Source of the DNA: a virus
Taxonomy: Duplodnaviria > Caudoviricetes
Length of the DNA stretch: 38,670 nt
Direction: 5' to 3' (one strand)
IMG/VR virus record: IMGVR_UViG_3300035670_000594
Span: 1-38,670 of that record
Shown here: one piece after another, positions 9,899-17,805 of the stretch
How the letters are laid out: every line of letters starts with the position of its first letter
How positions within the stretch are numbered: the first letter of the stretch is position 1
Made by a program: the position numbers and the translations under genes
Notes under the pieces: generated by a model
Databases searched by the model: none
What the model was told of the DNA's origin: nothing
The model's input: only the letters and a program-made list of their open reading frames with translations

Positions 9899-10821
9899 TC
9901 GTTTATTTTCTTAATAACGTACTCTACCTCCTTGTTCTCCAGTGTCTCGTTGCAAGGCAACCTTAATGAAATTCTTTCAAATGTTTCTACGTTAGAAGAC
10001 TTCTTGATTGGAAATGGATACTCGTTCTTTAAAGTCTCAATTCCATTTTTCTTTAAGTAATTGTATAAGTCGTCTCTCCCTAACACTGCGATAATATAGT
10101 CTTGGTAGATGTCTCTTGTTCTATCGGTGTAGATAATGTCTCGGTTAATACCCTTGTCGTACATCATTGCTATTTCCTTTCTTCTCTTAAGAGTCTCTCT
10201 CAAATATTTAAATTTGACATTTAAAATAGCACACTGTAAGTTGTCTATTCTGTGGTTGCCACCCCATTCGGTGTTGCTGTCCTTGAAGTGGTTGCGATAC
10301 TCTAAACACCATTTATAAAACTTCTCGTCATTGGTTGTGATAGCACCTGCGTCTCCTGCACATCCTAATATCTTAGCTGGATAAAAACTCCAACATTGTG
10401 CGAAAGTCTTTGGATTCTTAACTGCCCCTAAAGCCTGACAAGCATCTTCAATTACTATCTTGGTATCTGGTAACTCGGACAACTCTCCTGCTATGTGGGC
10501 TACTATCCCAACCTCTGCTTTACCTTTAAACACTGGCTTTGACCCTGCGTTGATTACAGCTCCTACTGTGGATTTAAATGTGTAGTATGGGCATAGCACC
10601 TTCTTTGGCTTTAAGTATTTGATACACATCAATATTGCATCTGTACCTGAACTTACTCCAATGGCGTACTTTGTACCAACGAACTTGGCTAAACTCTTTT
10701 CAAACTTCTCGGTATCCCCTCTAAGAATTAAATCTCCTGCTGTTAAAACTCGGTCAATCTCTTTTAAGATTTCTTTATGAATTTTCTTGTATTGTTTAGA
10801 TGGATTAAAGAATTTAATCAT
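9856..10821 (-). CDS. DegT/DnrJ/EryC1/StrS PLP-dependent NDP-sugar aminotransferase
   Basis: VSSGTDA, IEDACQA and SFYPAKILGCAGDAG (Schiff-base Lys), GNHRID. Confidence 0.92.
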   Translation of the reverse strand: MIKFFNPSKQYKKIHKEILKEIDRVLTAGDLILRGDTEKFEKSLAKFVGTKYAIGVSSGTDAILMCIKYLKPKKVLCPYYTFKSTVGAVINAGSKPVFKGKAEVGIVAHIAGELSELPDTKIVIEDACQALGAVKNPKTFAQCWSFYPAKILGCAGDAGAITTNDEKFYKWCLEYRNHFKDSNTEWGGNHRIDNLQCAILNVKFKYLRETLKRRKEIAMMYDKGINRDIIYTDRTRDIYQDYIIAVLGRDDLYNYLKKNGIETLKNEYPFPIKKSSNVETFERISLRLPCNETLENKEVEYVIKKINEWQQIYKKQSSKRN

Positions 10822-11597
10822 AAGATATAGAATTGTCCATTTTTCTTGGCTCTACTTTTTTCTTCTTCAGTCATCAACTCTTCCTCTAATTTTTCTCCTT
10901 CTTTAGCACCTGTAATCTTAACTGGGTAATTTCCGAATAACTCTTCTGCTACTGCGGTAATATACCTTTGTTCTCCCATATCCAGTATCAGTGTCTGCCC
11001 TGGCTTACCTTTCTTGCCTGCCTCAATTACTAACTTGACTGCGTCTGGGATAGTCATAAAATATCTTTTCATTTCTGGGTCGGTGATAGTTATAGGTTTG
11101 TTATTCTTTACTTGCCTCTCCCAAATTGGTAATACGCTTCCACGACTTCCTAATACGTTCCCAAACCTTACAACAACACCACCTGCACGCTTTACCATTA
11201 TCTCTCCTAGAAGTTTTGTTGTTCCCATAAGAGATGTTGGGTTTACCGCTTTGTCGGTGCTTATGAAGACGAGTTTTGATTTGTACTTTTCGCATAATTT
11301 TATAATATTTAAAGTTCCTATTACGTTAGTGAGAACAATCTCCTCCATGTGTTCTCTTTCAAAATTGGAAAGATGCTTATAAGCTGCTGCATGATAAACT
11401 ATCTTAGGTCTATACTTTTCAAATAATTCAGCTAAGCGTTCTCGGTTACGTATATTAGCTATTTCTGGGATAACTCCTTCTAAGTCAAATATCCCACTTT
11501 CATCTTGGTCTATTGCTACTACATCTTTAAGTTGTCTACATAGTTCAGAGCCTATACTCCCTGCTGCCCCTATAACAAAGTTATGCGTCAATTTCAT
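10818..11597 (-). CDS. UDP-N-acetylglucosamine 4,6-dehydratase (CapD/PglF/WbpM catalytic domain)
   Basis: GAAGSIGSELCRQL, HAAAYKH, STDKAVNPTSLMGTTK, VRFGNVLGSRGSV and GEKLEEEL. Confidence 0.9.
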   Translation of the reverse strand: MKLTHNFVIGAAGSIGSELCRQLKDVVAIDQDESGIFDLEGVIPEIANIRNRERLAELFEKYRPKIVYHAAAYKHLSNFEREHMEEIVLTNVIGTLNIIKLCEKYKSKLVFISTDKAVNPTSLMGTTKLLGEIMVKRAGGVVVRFGNVLGSRGSVLPIWERQVKNNKPITITDPEMKRYFMTIPDAVKLVIEAGKKGKPGQTLILDMGEQRYITAVAEELFGNYPVKITGAKEGEKLEEELMTEEEKSRAKKNGQFYIL

Positions 11598-11630
11598 AAT
11601 AATGTTTAGACTTTTCCCACTGCTTCTTAG

Positions 11631-12041
11631 TCATAGTCTTATATAATTTCCTTTTAGATTTTTTGCTAGATGTTTTAATGGTTCTTTTTCCCATGATTGT
11701 AAATTATGTGTAAATCCTAAAAATCCAGATGCTCCAGTACCAACTACATTTATTTTAATTCCCTGTAACCAAGCATCTCTGATTTGTTCCAAGCACCTAT
11801 AGTTAATAAATACTGCTCCTGAATAACAATAAGGTTTCTTTCCTGCAATTGCTAACCCTGTGGCTACGCCTATCATATTTTGTTCTGCTATACCGCAGTT
11901 AATAAACTGTCCTGGTAATTCTCTAGCGAAGTCTTCGCAAAAAGAAAATCCTAAGTCTCCTACTAAAAGGATAATATCTGAATCCTTACGAGCCTTTTTC
12001 AGAATCCATTGAAAGAATTGCTTCCGAGTATCCTTTTTCAT
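11631..12041 (-). CDS. Transketolase-like pyrimidine-binding subunit (truncated)
   Basis: LLVGDLG and FINCGIAEQNMIGVATGLA; only 136 aa. Confidence 0.85.
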   Translation of the reverse strand: MKKDTRKQFFQWILKKARKDSDIILLVGDLGFSFCEDFARELPGQFINCGIAEQNMIGVATGLAIAGKKPYCYSGAVFINYRCLEQIRDAWLQGIKINVVGTGASGFLGFTHNLQSWEKEPLKHLAKNLKGNYIRL

Positions 12042-12690
12042 CTAAGTTATAATAATGATTTTTATACCCCATATTCTCTATAAACTTACATCCTTTACCC
12101 TTAATAGTCTTGGCGATAACGACCAGTGGGGTTCTGCCCCTTAACGCCTTCTTAAGCTTCCTGACGTTGTGTCCATCGCAAACCTTGGTATTCCACCCAA
12201 ATGCCTTAAACTTCGCTTGTAGAGGCTCTAGTGAGCTTATAGACTCGGTAGACCCTAATGCCTGCAGTCCATTACGGTCAACTACCACCTTTAATGGTAA
12301 GCCGTGATGAGCCGCAAACATTAATGCCTCCCAAGTCTGCCCTTCCTGCAGTTCTCCGTCTGATAAAAGCACATAAACAAGTTTTCCTGTAAGAGCAATG
12401 CCACAAGCTACGCTAAGTCCCTGACCTAAACTTCCGCCTGACCAGACTAGTCCTCCTTCCTTAGATGGTAACGGATGTTCTCTTAATAACTCAATAGCCT
12501 TGTTAGTGTCGAATCTCATACAATAATAAGCTCCGACACCACTTGCTTTTGAGAATATAAACTCAGAATCTTCTTCTGGAATACGAACATCGTCTATTGC
12601 CTCTAAGATTTCAACACAGGACAGAGCACTACCTATGTGGCAGGCATGAGCCTTGTACGACACTTCAATTATCTTTTGGCGAATATTCAT
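11986..12690 (-). CDS. Transketolase-like N-terminal ThDP-binding subunit
   Basis: HIGSALSCVEI, GSLGQGL, ThDP motif SDGELQEGQTWEA...DRN, DGHN and TIKGKG. Confidence 0.9.
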   Translation of the reverse strand: MNIRQKIIEVSYKAHACHIGSALSCVEILEAIDDVRIPEEDSEFIFSKASGVGAYYCMRFDTNKAIELLREHPLPSKEGGLVWSGGSLGQGLSVACGIALTGKLVYVLLSDGELQEGQTWEALMFAAHHGLPLKVVVDRNGLQALGSTESISSLEPLQAKFKAFGWNTKVCDGHNVRKLKKALRGRTPLVVIAKTIKGKGCKFIENMGYKNHYYNLDEKGYSEAILSMDSEKGS

Positions 12691-12691
12691 A

Positions 12692-12859
12692 TTACCAATC
12701 TTTAAACGGAATTACGCTTTCTTCTTTCTTAGGCTCGACTGGCTCCGTAATTACTTCCCACTCGTATTCTGCGTTCAAATCCAACTTCGTACGCACATCC
12801 ACTGGAATGTATATACAATAGCCGTTTCCTTGTTTACTTGGTTTAGCTTTAAATTTCAT
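12692..12859 (-). CDS. Small AbrB/MazE-like DNA-binding protein (55 aa; not in the ORF track)
   Basis: Manual translation MKFKAKPSKQGNGYCIYIPVDVRTKLDLNAEYEWEV...; KxGN-x3-hxIP is the swapped-hairpin pattern. Confidence 0.6.
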   Translation of the reverse strand: MKFKAKPSKQGNGYCIYIPVDVRTKLDLNAEYEWEVITEPVEPKKEESVIPFKDW

Positions 12860-12969
12860 AATTACGTTCGTACAAGTTATAACTGTTCGTACGGAACAGT
12901 ACGTACTTGTCTATTTTCCTAGTTTTCTGTGAGTGGGGTATATATATAATATCCCTTTCCTATTGTTGC

Positions 12970-13050
12970 CTATACTCCCCCCCCGTCTATACGTTCCCCT
13001 CTATAATCCCCTCTATAATACGCCTATAATCAAGCCGTGCCGTGCCTATA
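12970..13050. repeat. Cluster of six CTATA-core repeats with a C8 tract
   Basis: ctata at 12970, 12987, 13001, 13013, 13024 and 13046; cccctctataat in tandem twice. Confidence 0.7.
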
Positions 13051-13382
13051 CTATTTTGTGTTTATGGTTGTGTGTGTGAGAGATATCTAACTTGCACCAA
13101 TCTTTCTATCTCTTTTTATATGTTATCTATTCTTTTATATTCTATATCTCTATTATGTTTATCTACTTGTTTACTATGTATTGCTTTACGCCTTGATTGG
13201 CGTGGGGTTTATATCAACTATCTTTATTCTGTTGCGTTGTAGGGCTTTATAATGCGTTGAAATATGGCTTGTATATGTATATATATGTAAATTATAGCTT
13301 GATGTCTTTAAATAGCGTTTCTGTTGTTGTTGGCATTTTATATTGAAATTATGCTATGTGCATAACTTTACTTGTTTGCCTA

Positions 13383-13412
13383 TTGACACGGGTTTATGCT
13401 ATATGATAAGAT
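13383..13412 (+). promoter_or_regulatory. Sigma70-type early promoter
   Basis: TTGACA-18-TAAGAT with extended TG; an overlapping TTGTTT-17-TATGCT lies at 13372-13400. Confidence 0.65.
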
Positions 13413-13460
13413 TGAATTGCAAGGGTAAAACATTATTAAAACTACTCTTGCTAAAATAAT

Positions 13461-13619
13461 ATGGAAAAAATAATAAGATTAGATTTATCAAACATAAAAG
13501 ATTTGATTAAATCAGAAACAATAAAAGAAAAAATGGAAAACAATGGTTGGGCTTTTATTGAAACAAAACAAGTTGGGGTTGATGTTTTTGAAAGTAAATA
13601 TTCTAAAAATGAAAACTAA
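13461..13619 (+). CDS. Early hypothetical protein (52 aa)
   Basis: Manual ORF MEKIIRLDLSNIK...SKNEN, first after the promoter. Confidence 0.55.
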   Translation: MEKIIRLDLSNIKDLIKSETIKEKMENNGWAFIETKQVGVDVFESKYSKNEN

Positions 13620-13776
13620 TATAAAACACTTATCATTTGCATTAGAAAACATTAAAAGATATAAGAGCCGTAAGTTTAGACAAAAGGTCGGGGCTGTCTT
13701 GTATCATATAGGGGAAGCATTGACGGCATTAGCTATCTTTGCTTTAGGGGCTTTGTGGTTTAGTATAATAAATTAA
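13609..13776 (+). CDS. Small early protein with C-terminal hydrophobic helix
   Basis: MKTNIKH...ALTALAIFALGALWFSIIN; the internal ATG is preferred over 13543. Confidence 0.55.
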   Translation: MKTNIKHLSFALENIKRYKSRKFRQKVGAVLYHIGEALTALAIFALGALWFSIIN

Positions 13777-13786
13777 AAATAAAACT

Positions 13787-13981
13787 ATGAGAAATCTAAC
13801 ATCTAAACAAAAGAAAATGTTAAAAGAATGGTTTGTTAAAAATTATGATGGCGGTTGTATGTTTGATATGGCGGACAAAATTGACGCTGAATTATACAAT
13901 AAAATTGATGATATTAATCCTTGCGAGGTGTTTCACCAAAATGTCAATCACTATTTAGAAGAATTAGTCAATAATAAGTAA
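13787..13981 (+). CDS. Early hypothetical protein
   Basis: ORF track; A-rich leader; operon spacing. Confidence 0.65.
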   Translation: MRNLTSKQKKMLKEWFVKNYDGGCMFDMADKIDAELYNKIDDINPCEVFHQNVNHYLEELVNNK

Positions 13982-14001
13982 TATAATTAAAATATAATAA
14001 T

Positions 14002-14229
14002 ATGGAATATATACAAAATAAATTATGGGATAAGGTTGAAAGTTCTAAAACTAAAATAGCAAAAAGGGTTTATAATCAACTTAATAAGGATATTTTATAT
14101 GTAGTTTTAGATGGAGATGTATTTTGGTTTGAAAAAGTTTGCTCTACTTGTAAAATACCGGATTTTGTTTATGATTATGCTAAAAGGTTTTATAAGGGTT
14201 TAGGGTTTAGATATAATTATGATAATTAA
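14002..14229 (+). CDS. Early hypothetical protein
   Basis: ORF track; operon spacing. Confidence 0.65.
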   Translation: MEYIQNKLWDKVESSKTKIAKRVYNQLNKDILYVVLDGDVFWFEKVCSTCKIPDFVYDYAKRFYKGLGFRYNYDN

Positions 14230-14306
14230 TATCTTTTTAGGGTAGCTCATTTGGTTGGGCTATCTTATACAGGATATTCTTTAATTGGTGGAATGTTCTT
14301 TGAAAA

Positions 14307-14546
14307 ATGATTTACTATATAAAGAAAGTTCCCGATGTTATAAAGTCGTGGTTTATTCTTAACTTCCCGCCAGAAAATGGTTTTACTTATAGGTTTTATA
14401 CTTATAAAAAGAGTAAACTATTACCTATGGAGGGGAGCAATAAGATTTATGGTTGTTTTGTAGATAAAAATGATAAATTATGGCATTATGCTACGCAAGC
14501 AGATTTTGACTGGTTTGTAGAAAATAAACAATTAAAACTATACTAA
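14307..14546 (+). CDS. Early hypothetical protein
   Basis: ORF track. Confidence 0.6.
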   Translation: MIYYIKKVPDVIKSWFILNFPPENGFTYRFYTYKKSKLLPMEGSNKIYGCFVDKNDKLWHYATQADFDWFVENKQLKLY

Positions 14547-14547
14547 T

Positions 14548-14748
14548 ATGACAAACTACTCTTTAATAACATTAGGTGAGCTATTATCAAGCGACAATGA
14601 AACAATCAAGCGAAATGCTGTAAGTATATTGAAAGTATTGCAGAAAAAATACCTCTCTCCTTCTTGCAAAAGTTGTGATAAGTGTGGTAGAGGAATGACA
14701 GATTTGGAATATGTAAACAATGATGGAATATGTGATTTACACCGTTAG
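14548..14748 (+). CDS. Early hypothetical protein with Cys motifs
   Basis: CDKCG...GICDLH; abuts the upstream gene. Confidence 0.6.
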   Translation: MTNYSLITLGELLSSDNETIKRNAVSILKVLQKKYLSPSCKSCDKCGRGMTDLEYVNNDGICDLHR

Positions 14749-14779
14749 TCAATCAAGCGTAAACAACGCTTTACCAACT

Positions 14780-14809
14780 AACCCGTTTAATACCAATTAC
14801 GGGTTTTTT
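14780..14809 (+). terminator. Intrinsic terminator ending the early island
   Basis: aacccgt...acgggtt stem followed by a T run. Confidence 0.65.
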
Positions 14810-14912
14810 GTTTGAAATTATCAATGGGCTACTAAATGAATAATGGTGATAACGGCAAAATCAGGAAAATCCCACATAACCGAGCTTATCAACTTTTAGC
14901 GGGTTTGGCTCA

Positions 14913-14990
14913 AAAACACAACAATTTCCTAAAATCACAACAGAAATCACAACAAAATCCATCTTTCAACCTGAAAATCACAACGATTTC
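14913..14990. repeat. Iteron-like aaatcacaac repeats
   Basis: Exact copies at 14932, 14944 and 14975; a variant at 14913. Confidence 0.7.
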
Positions 14991-15214
14991 TACTTTTCAC
15001 TTACAGCGGGTTCCACCGTTTCTTTTTTTGCTTCCTTTTCTTTACTCTGAGCTTCTTTTTCCACTATTTCTTGGAACTTTTTATTGATATCCTGTGTCTT
15101 CTGGACACTCTTTTGCATAACTCTTAATATATCGTCATACACTTCTAGTATGTTCTTTAAATTCTCCTGTTGGAGTTCTTGCTTGCGTGAAGAAAAATAT
15201 TCTTGATTATACAT
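14990..15214 (-). CDS. Coiled-coil hypothetical protein
   Basis: ORF track; last gene of the minus-strand unit. Confidence 0.6.
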   Translation of the reverse strand: MYNQEYFSSRKQELQQENLKNILEVYDDILRVMQKSVQKTQDINKKFQEIVEKEAQSKEKEAKKETVEPAVSEK

Positions 15215-15857
15215 AATTTTTTAAATAATTTAACCAATAATTTCTATTATAATTTGTTTTAGTATGGCATTTTTTACAAAGAGTGATAAGATTGTCCGAA
15301 TTACAGTTATTTTTATTATAATCTATATGATGTACCGAAAATGCGTAATCTCCTTGTTTATCTCCACATAATTGACAAGTGTAACTATCTCTTTCTCTAA
15401 TAGATTGCCTCAAGGTTCTTGTCCAATCTATACTATATGGTTCAAATGATTTTCCACCTTTCCAATTCCAATGCTTTTCCAAGGGTTTAAATCCATTTTC
15501 ACGGTGTGGTTTTCTTATACCAAGTCTATATTGCTCTCTAATTATATCCCCCATTTTTTTACGAGTTTCTTCGGTAAAGTTTCTTCCCTTAGAAGCAATA
15601 CCTATCCTAATCCTATGTTTTTCTGTAAACGGAGGCTTTTTCTTTCCCTTTAAAGCAAAGCTTAGTTTTTCTTTAGTTTCTTGAGACAAATGTCTTCCTT
15701 TCATCCACTTACCAACACCAACCATCCTCTGTGTTTCTTTCAATTTCTTTATTCTACTTTCAGAAAATCTACCTTTCATTCTCCTATTATTTTCACTTAT
15801 GTACGAGCACTTTTTACCTTTGTTCCAAGGCGTATATCCTTTTACAAAGGTTGTCAT
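15207..15857 (-). CDS. HNH homing endonuclease with NUMOD3 repeats
   Basis: HLSQETKEKLS / FTEETRKKMG repeats; CQLCG...VHHIDYNKNN...NLITLCKKCH. Confidence 0.88.
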   Translation of the reverse strand: MTTFVKGYTPWNKGKKCSYISENNRRMKGRFSESRIKKLKETQRMVGVGKWMKGRHLSQETKEKLSFALKGKKKPPFTEKHRIRIGIASKGRNFTEETRKKMGDIIREQYRLGIRKPHRENGFKPLEKHWNWKGGKSFEPYSIDWTRTLRQSIRERDSYTCQLCGDKQGDYAFSVHHIDYNKNNCNSDNLITLCKKCHTKTNYNRNYWLNYLKNYV

Positions 15858-16513
15858 ATACTTTTTGCCGTTGGTACAGCGTGTTTATTAATTAATTTAT
15901 AAAGTTCCTCTAAGGCAATAACATCTTCTTTGTTGTGGGTTAGGATATAATCTAGGCTCTTTTTGTCGCCTGACAGGGCTTTAATCCATATATTTGGCTC
16001 TAATCTGTGTCCTTTGCTTGGTATATTGAAGAAAGTACACGCTGACTCTAATCTATTTGAATGTAATTTGAACTTATATTTTAATATCGGATAAGTATCT
16101 GTGCCTTTAATCTCCTTTTGGAGTGGGAAATCTAATCCCCAATAAACACAACGAGTTCTTAGTACTGGAATATCAAACTTGTCCCCATAATGATACACGA
16201 GCCTGTCAAATCTTCTCATATCTTCCACACATTGCTTCAATAAATCTCTGTCAAATGTCCCATCTTTCATCTCCTTGTCGGTAATAACTCTGCTTAGTAT
16301 CTTTCCATCTTGTTCTTTAATACAATATGATAATACTATTGCGAAATCTGCCTGTAATCCTGAGCTCTCAATATCTAGGTATCCTATTCTCTCACCTTTC
16401 TTTCTGTCTTGCTCATAGCATTCTGGGTGGCTCAAACCATTGTGTCTGTGGATACATCTAAATCCTAATCTGTCTAATAGCTCGTCCTTCTTTAAAGTAC
16501 GGAAGTTTATCAT
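15854..16513 (-). CDS. DEDD/RNase H-like 3'-5' exonuclease
   Basis: YLDIES, GDKFDIP and HNKEDV motifs. Confidence 0.8.
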   Translation of the reverse strand: MINFRTLKKDELLDRLGFRCIHRHNGLSHPECYEQDRKKGERIGYLDIESSGLQADFAIVLSYCIKEQDGKILSRVITDKEMKDGTFDRDLLKQCVEDMRRFDRLVYHYGDKFDIPVLRTRCVYWGLDFPLQKEIKGTDTYPILKYKFKLHSNRLESACTFFNIPSKGHRLEPNIWIKALSGDKKSLDYILTHNKEDVIALEELYKLINKHAVPTAKSI

Positions 16514-16869
16514 TTCTTTTTTAAAATCTCATATAAATAACCCTGTGCATTGAAGATAACTCCACATAAAGCATCTTCTAAACCATCTCGGCTTTCTTGA
16601 CCTCTATGTTCTAACCACCAGTCCATAAAATGTCTAAACCCTGACTTCATATATGTATCAATGGGCATTCCTTTCTGCCAGTTATCTGAATCTCTTAATG
16701 TCCCATCTTCAAGAATCCTATGCTTTTGCATATACTCGGCAAACCTTTTAACAACAATGGGAGAATAAAAACCCTCATAATCTAACTTACCTTCTTCTGA
16801 ATTCCTATTTGCACCTGTTTTAAATAATCTATTTTTCATAGTGCTTATATACACCAACAGACCATACAA
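16510..16869 (-). CDS. dATP/dGTP diphosphohydrolase-like protein (DUF5664 type)
   Basis: FKTGANR...GKLDY, NWQKGMP, RH and CGVIFNA; the start may be the internal MKNRLF. Confidence 0.75.
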   Translation of the reverse strand: MYGLLVYISTMKNRLFKTGANRNSEEGKLDYEGFYSPIVVKRFAEYMQKHRILEDGTLRDSDNWQKGMPIDTYMKSGFRHFMDWWLEHRGQESRDGLEDALCGVIFNAQGYLYEILKKK

Positions 16870-16924
16870 AGATGGCTGGGTGTTCTTTAAGGACAGTTAA
16901 AATAACTTCCTTCTGGTTTATCCA

Positions 16925-17164
16925 TTATCTTATTATACTAAAAACCTTGTCAAGCGTTATCCTAATTGTGTTAGGACTTATCTTCATTTCTCTACATATC
17001 TGTCTATGACTATATCCAAACTCTATTAACTCCATAATTTTTCTCTCTTTCTGGGTCAATTTGGTTAGTGCCTCGTCTATAACAGCCCTATCTTCCATCT
17101 GTTTGGCTTGTTTACCTTCATCTGAGATGTCAAAACCTTGTTCTTTGTATATAATTTTGCTCAT
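16925..17164 (-). CDS. Sigma70 region-4/LuxR-like HTH protein
   Basis: LTKLTQKERKIMEL...GYSHRQICREMKISPNTIR; start at MSKII preferred. Confidence 0.7.
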   Translation of the reverse strand: MSKIIYKEQGFDISDEGKQAKQMEDRAVIDEALTKLTQKERKIMELIEFGYSHRQICREMKISPNTIRITLDKVFSIIR

Positions 17165-17190
17165 AAAAAAACACTCATCAACTTGAGTGC
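17165..17190 (-). terminator. Intrinsic terminator-like hairpin directly before the HTH gene
   Basis: Minus strand gcactca-agttga-tgagtgt followed by a T run. Confidence 0.55.
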
Positions 17191-17251
17191 TTTCGTAAAA
17201 GCCGTAGGTCACACTTCGTAAAGCGGTTGCCTCTCTTATTAAATTGTGCGA

Positions 17252-17434
17252 TTAATTAATAAACTTTTGGTACAGCTCCCAACCCTCTTGGGTTAAACGA
17301 GCCATTATTTTTGTTTTATCTTTGCATTCACAACATATAGTTTCAACCTCGCAACCTATTGTAACCCCACATATTTTAATCAGTGGCTTATTACACACAG
17401 GACAGTTAATAATATGCTTGTGTTCTTGACTCAT
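17252..17434 (-). CDS. Small zinc-ribbon protein (Mu Com-like)
   Basis: INCPVCNKPL...ETICCECK spacing. Confidence 0.55.
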   Translation of the reverse strand: MSQEHKHIINCPVCNKPLIKICGVTIGCEVETICCECKDKTKIMARLTQEGWELYQKFIN

Positions 17435-17805
17435 TCTAATTCTTTCATCAGTTTGATTATAGAATCTCTCCTTGAAACTGATGTATAATGTAATTTTTCT
17501 AATTCGTCATAACGCTTCCTTCCTAATTTATTAATCATATAACGCTGATATTCTCCTTGTTTCTCATTCTCCCATTTAAAGTGTGTTCCTGAGCAGAAAC
17601 AATCAGCATTATCTAGCTCGTATCGTGTAGAACTACAACTCCTGCCCCAAAAATGACTACATTGAAGTACAAATCGGCTATTCTCTAACTCTTCTCCTTT
17701 CTTGTTCTTACAATACGGACAGTTTGGTCTTTGGCAAACGCCAACACTCCTAACCTTCTCGCTGAACTTCTTATCGGCTAATTTGGAATTCCAAATCTTC
17801 TTCAT
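17431..17805 (-). CDS. NinG/Rap-like His-Me endonuclease
   Basis: ADKKFSEKVR, QCSHFWGR...TRYELDNA and KLGRKRYDEL. Confidence 0.75.
   Translation of the reverse strand: MKKIWNSKLADKKFSEKVRSVGVCQRPNCPYCKNKKGEELENSRFVLQCSHFWGRSCSSTRYELDNADCFCSGTHFKWENEKQGEYQRYMINKLGRKRYDELEKLHYTSVSRRDSIIKLMKELE

Noticed and set aside
942-12922. Plus-strand ORFs in the track (e.g. 3213, 5320, 11014, 12653)
   Set aside because: Antisense shadows of well-supported minus-strand genes, with no motifs
13042-13242. 66-aa plus-strand ORF in the divergence region
   Set aside because: Low complexity, upstream of the early promoter, no support
16924-16953. Minus-strand TTGACA...TATAAT promoter
   Set aside because: Only 10 bp between the consensus boxes; the alternative -10 is weak
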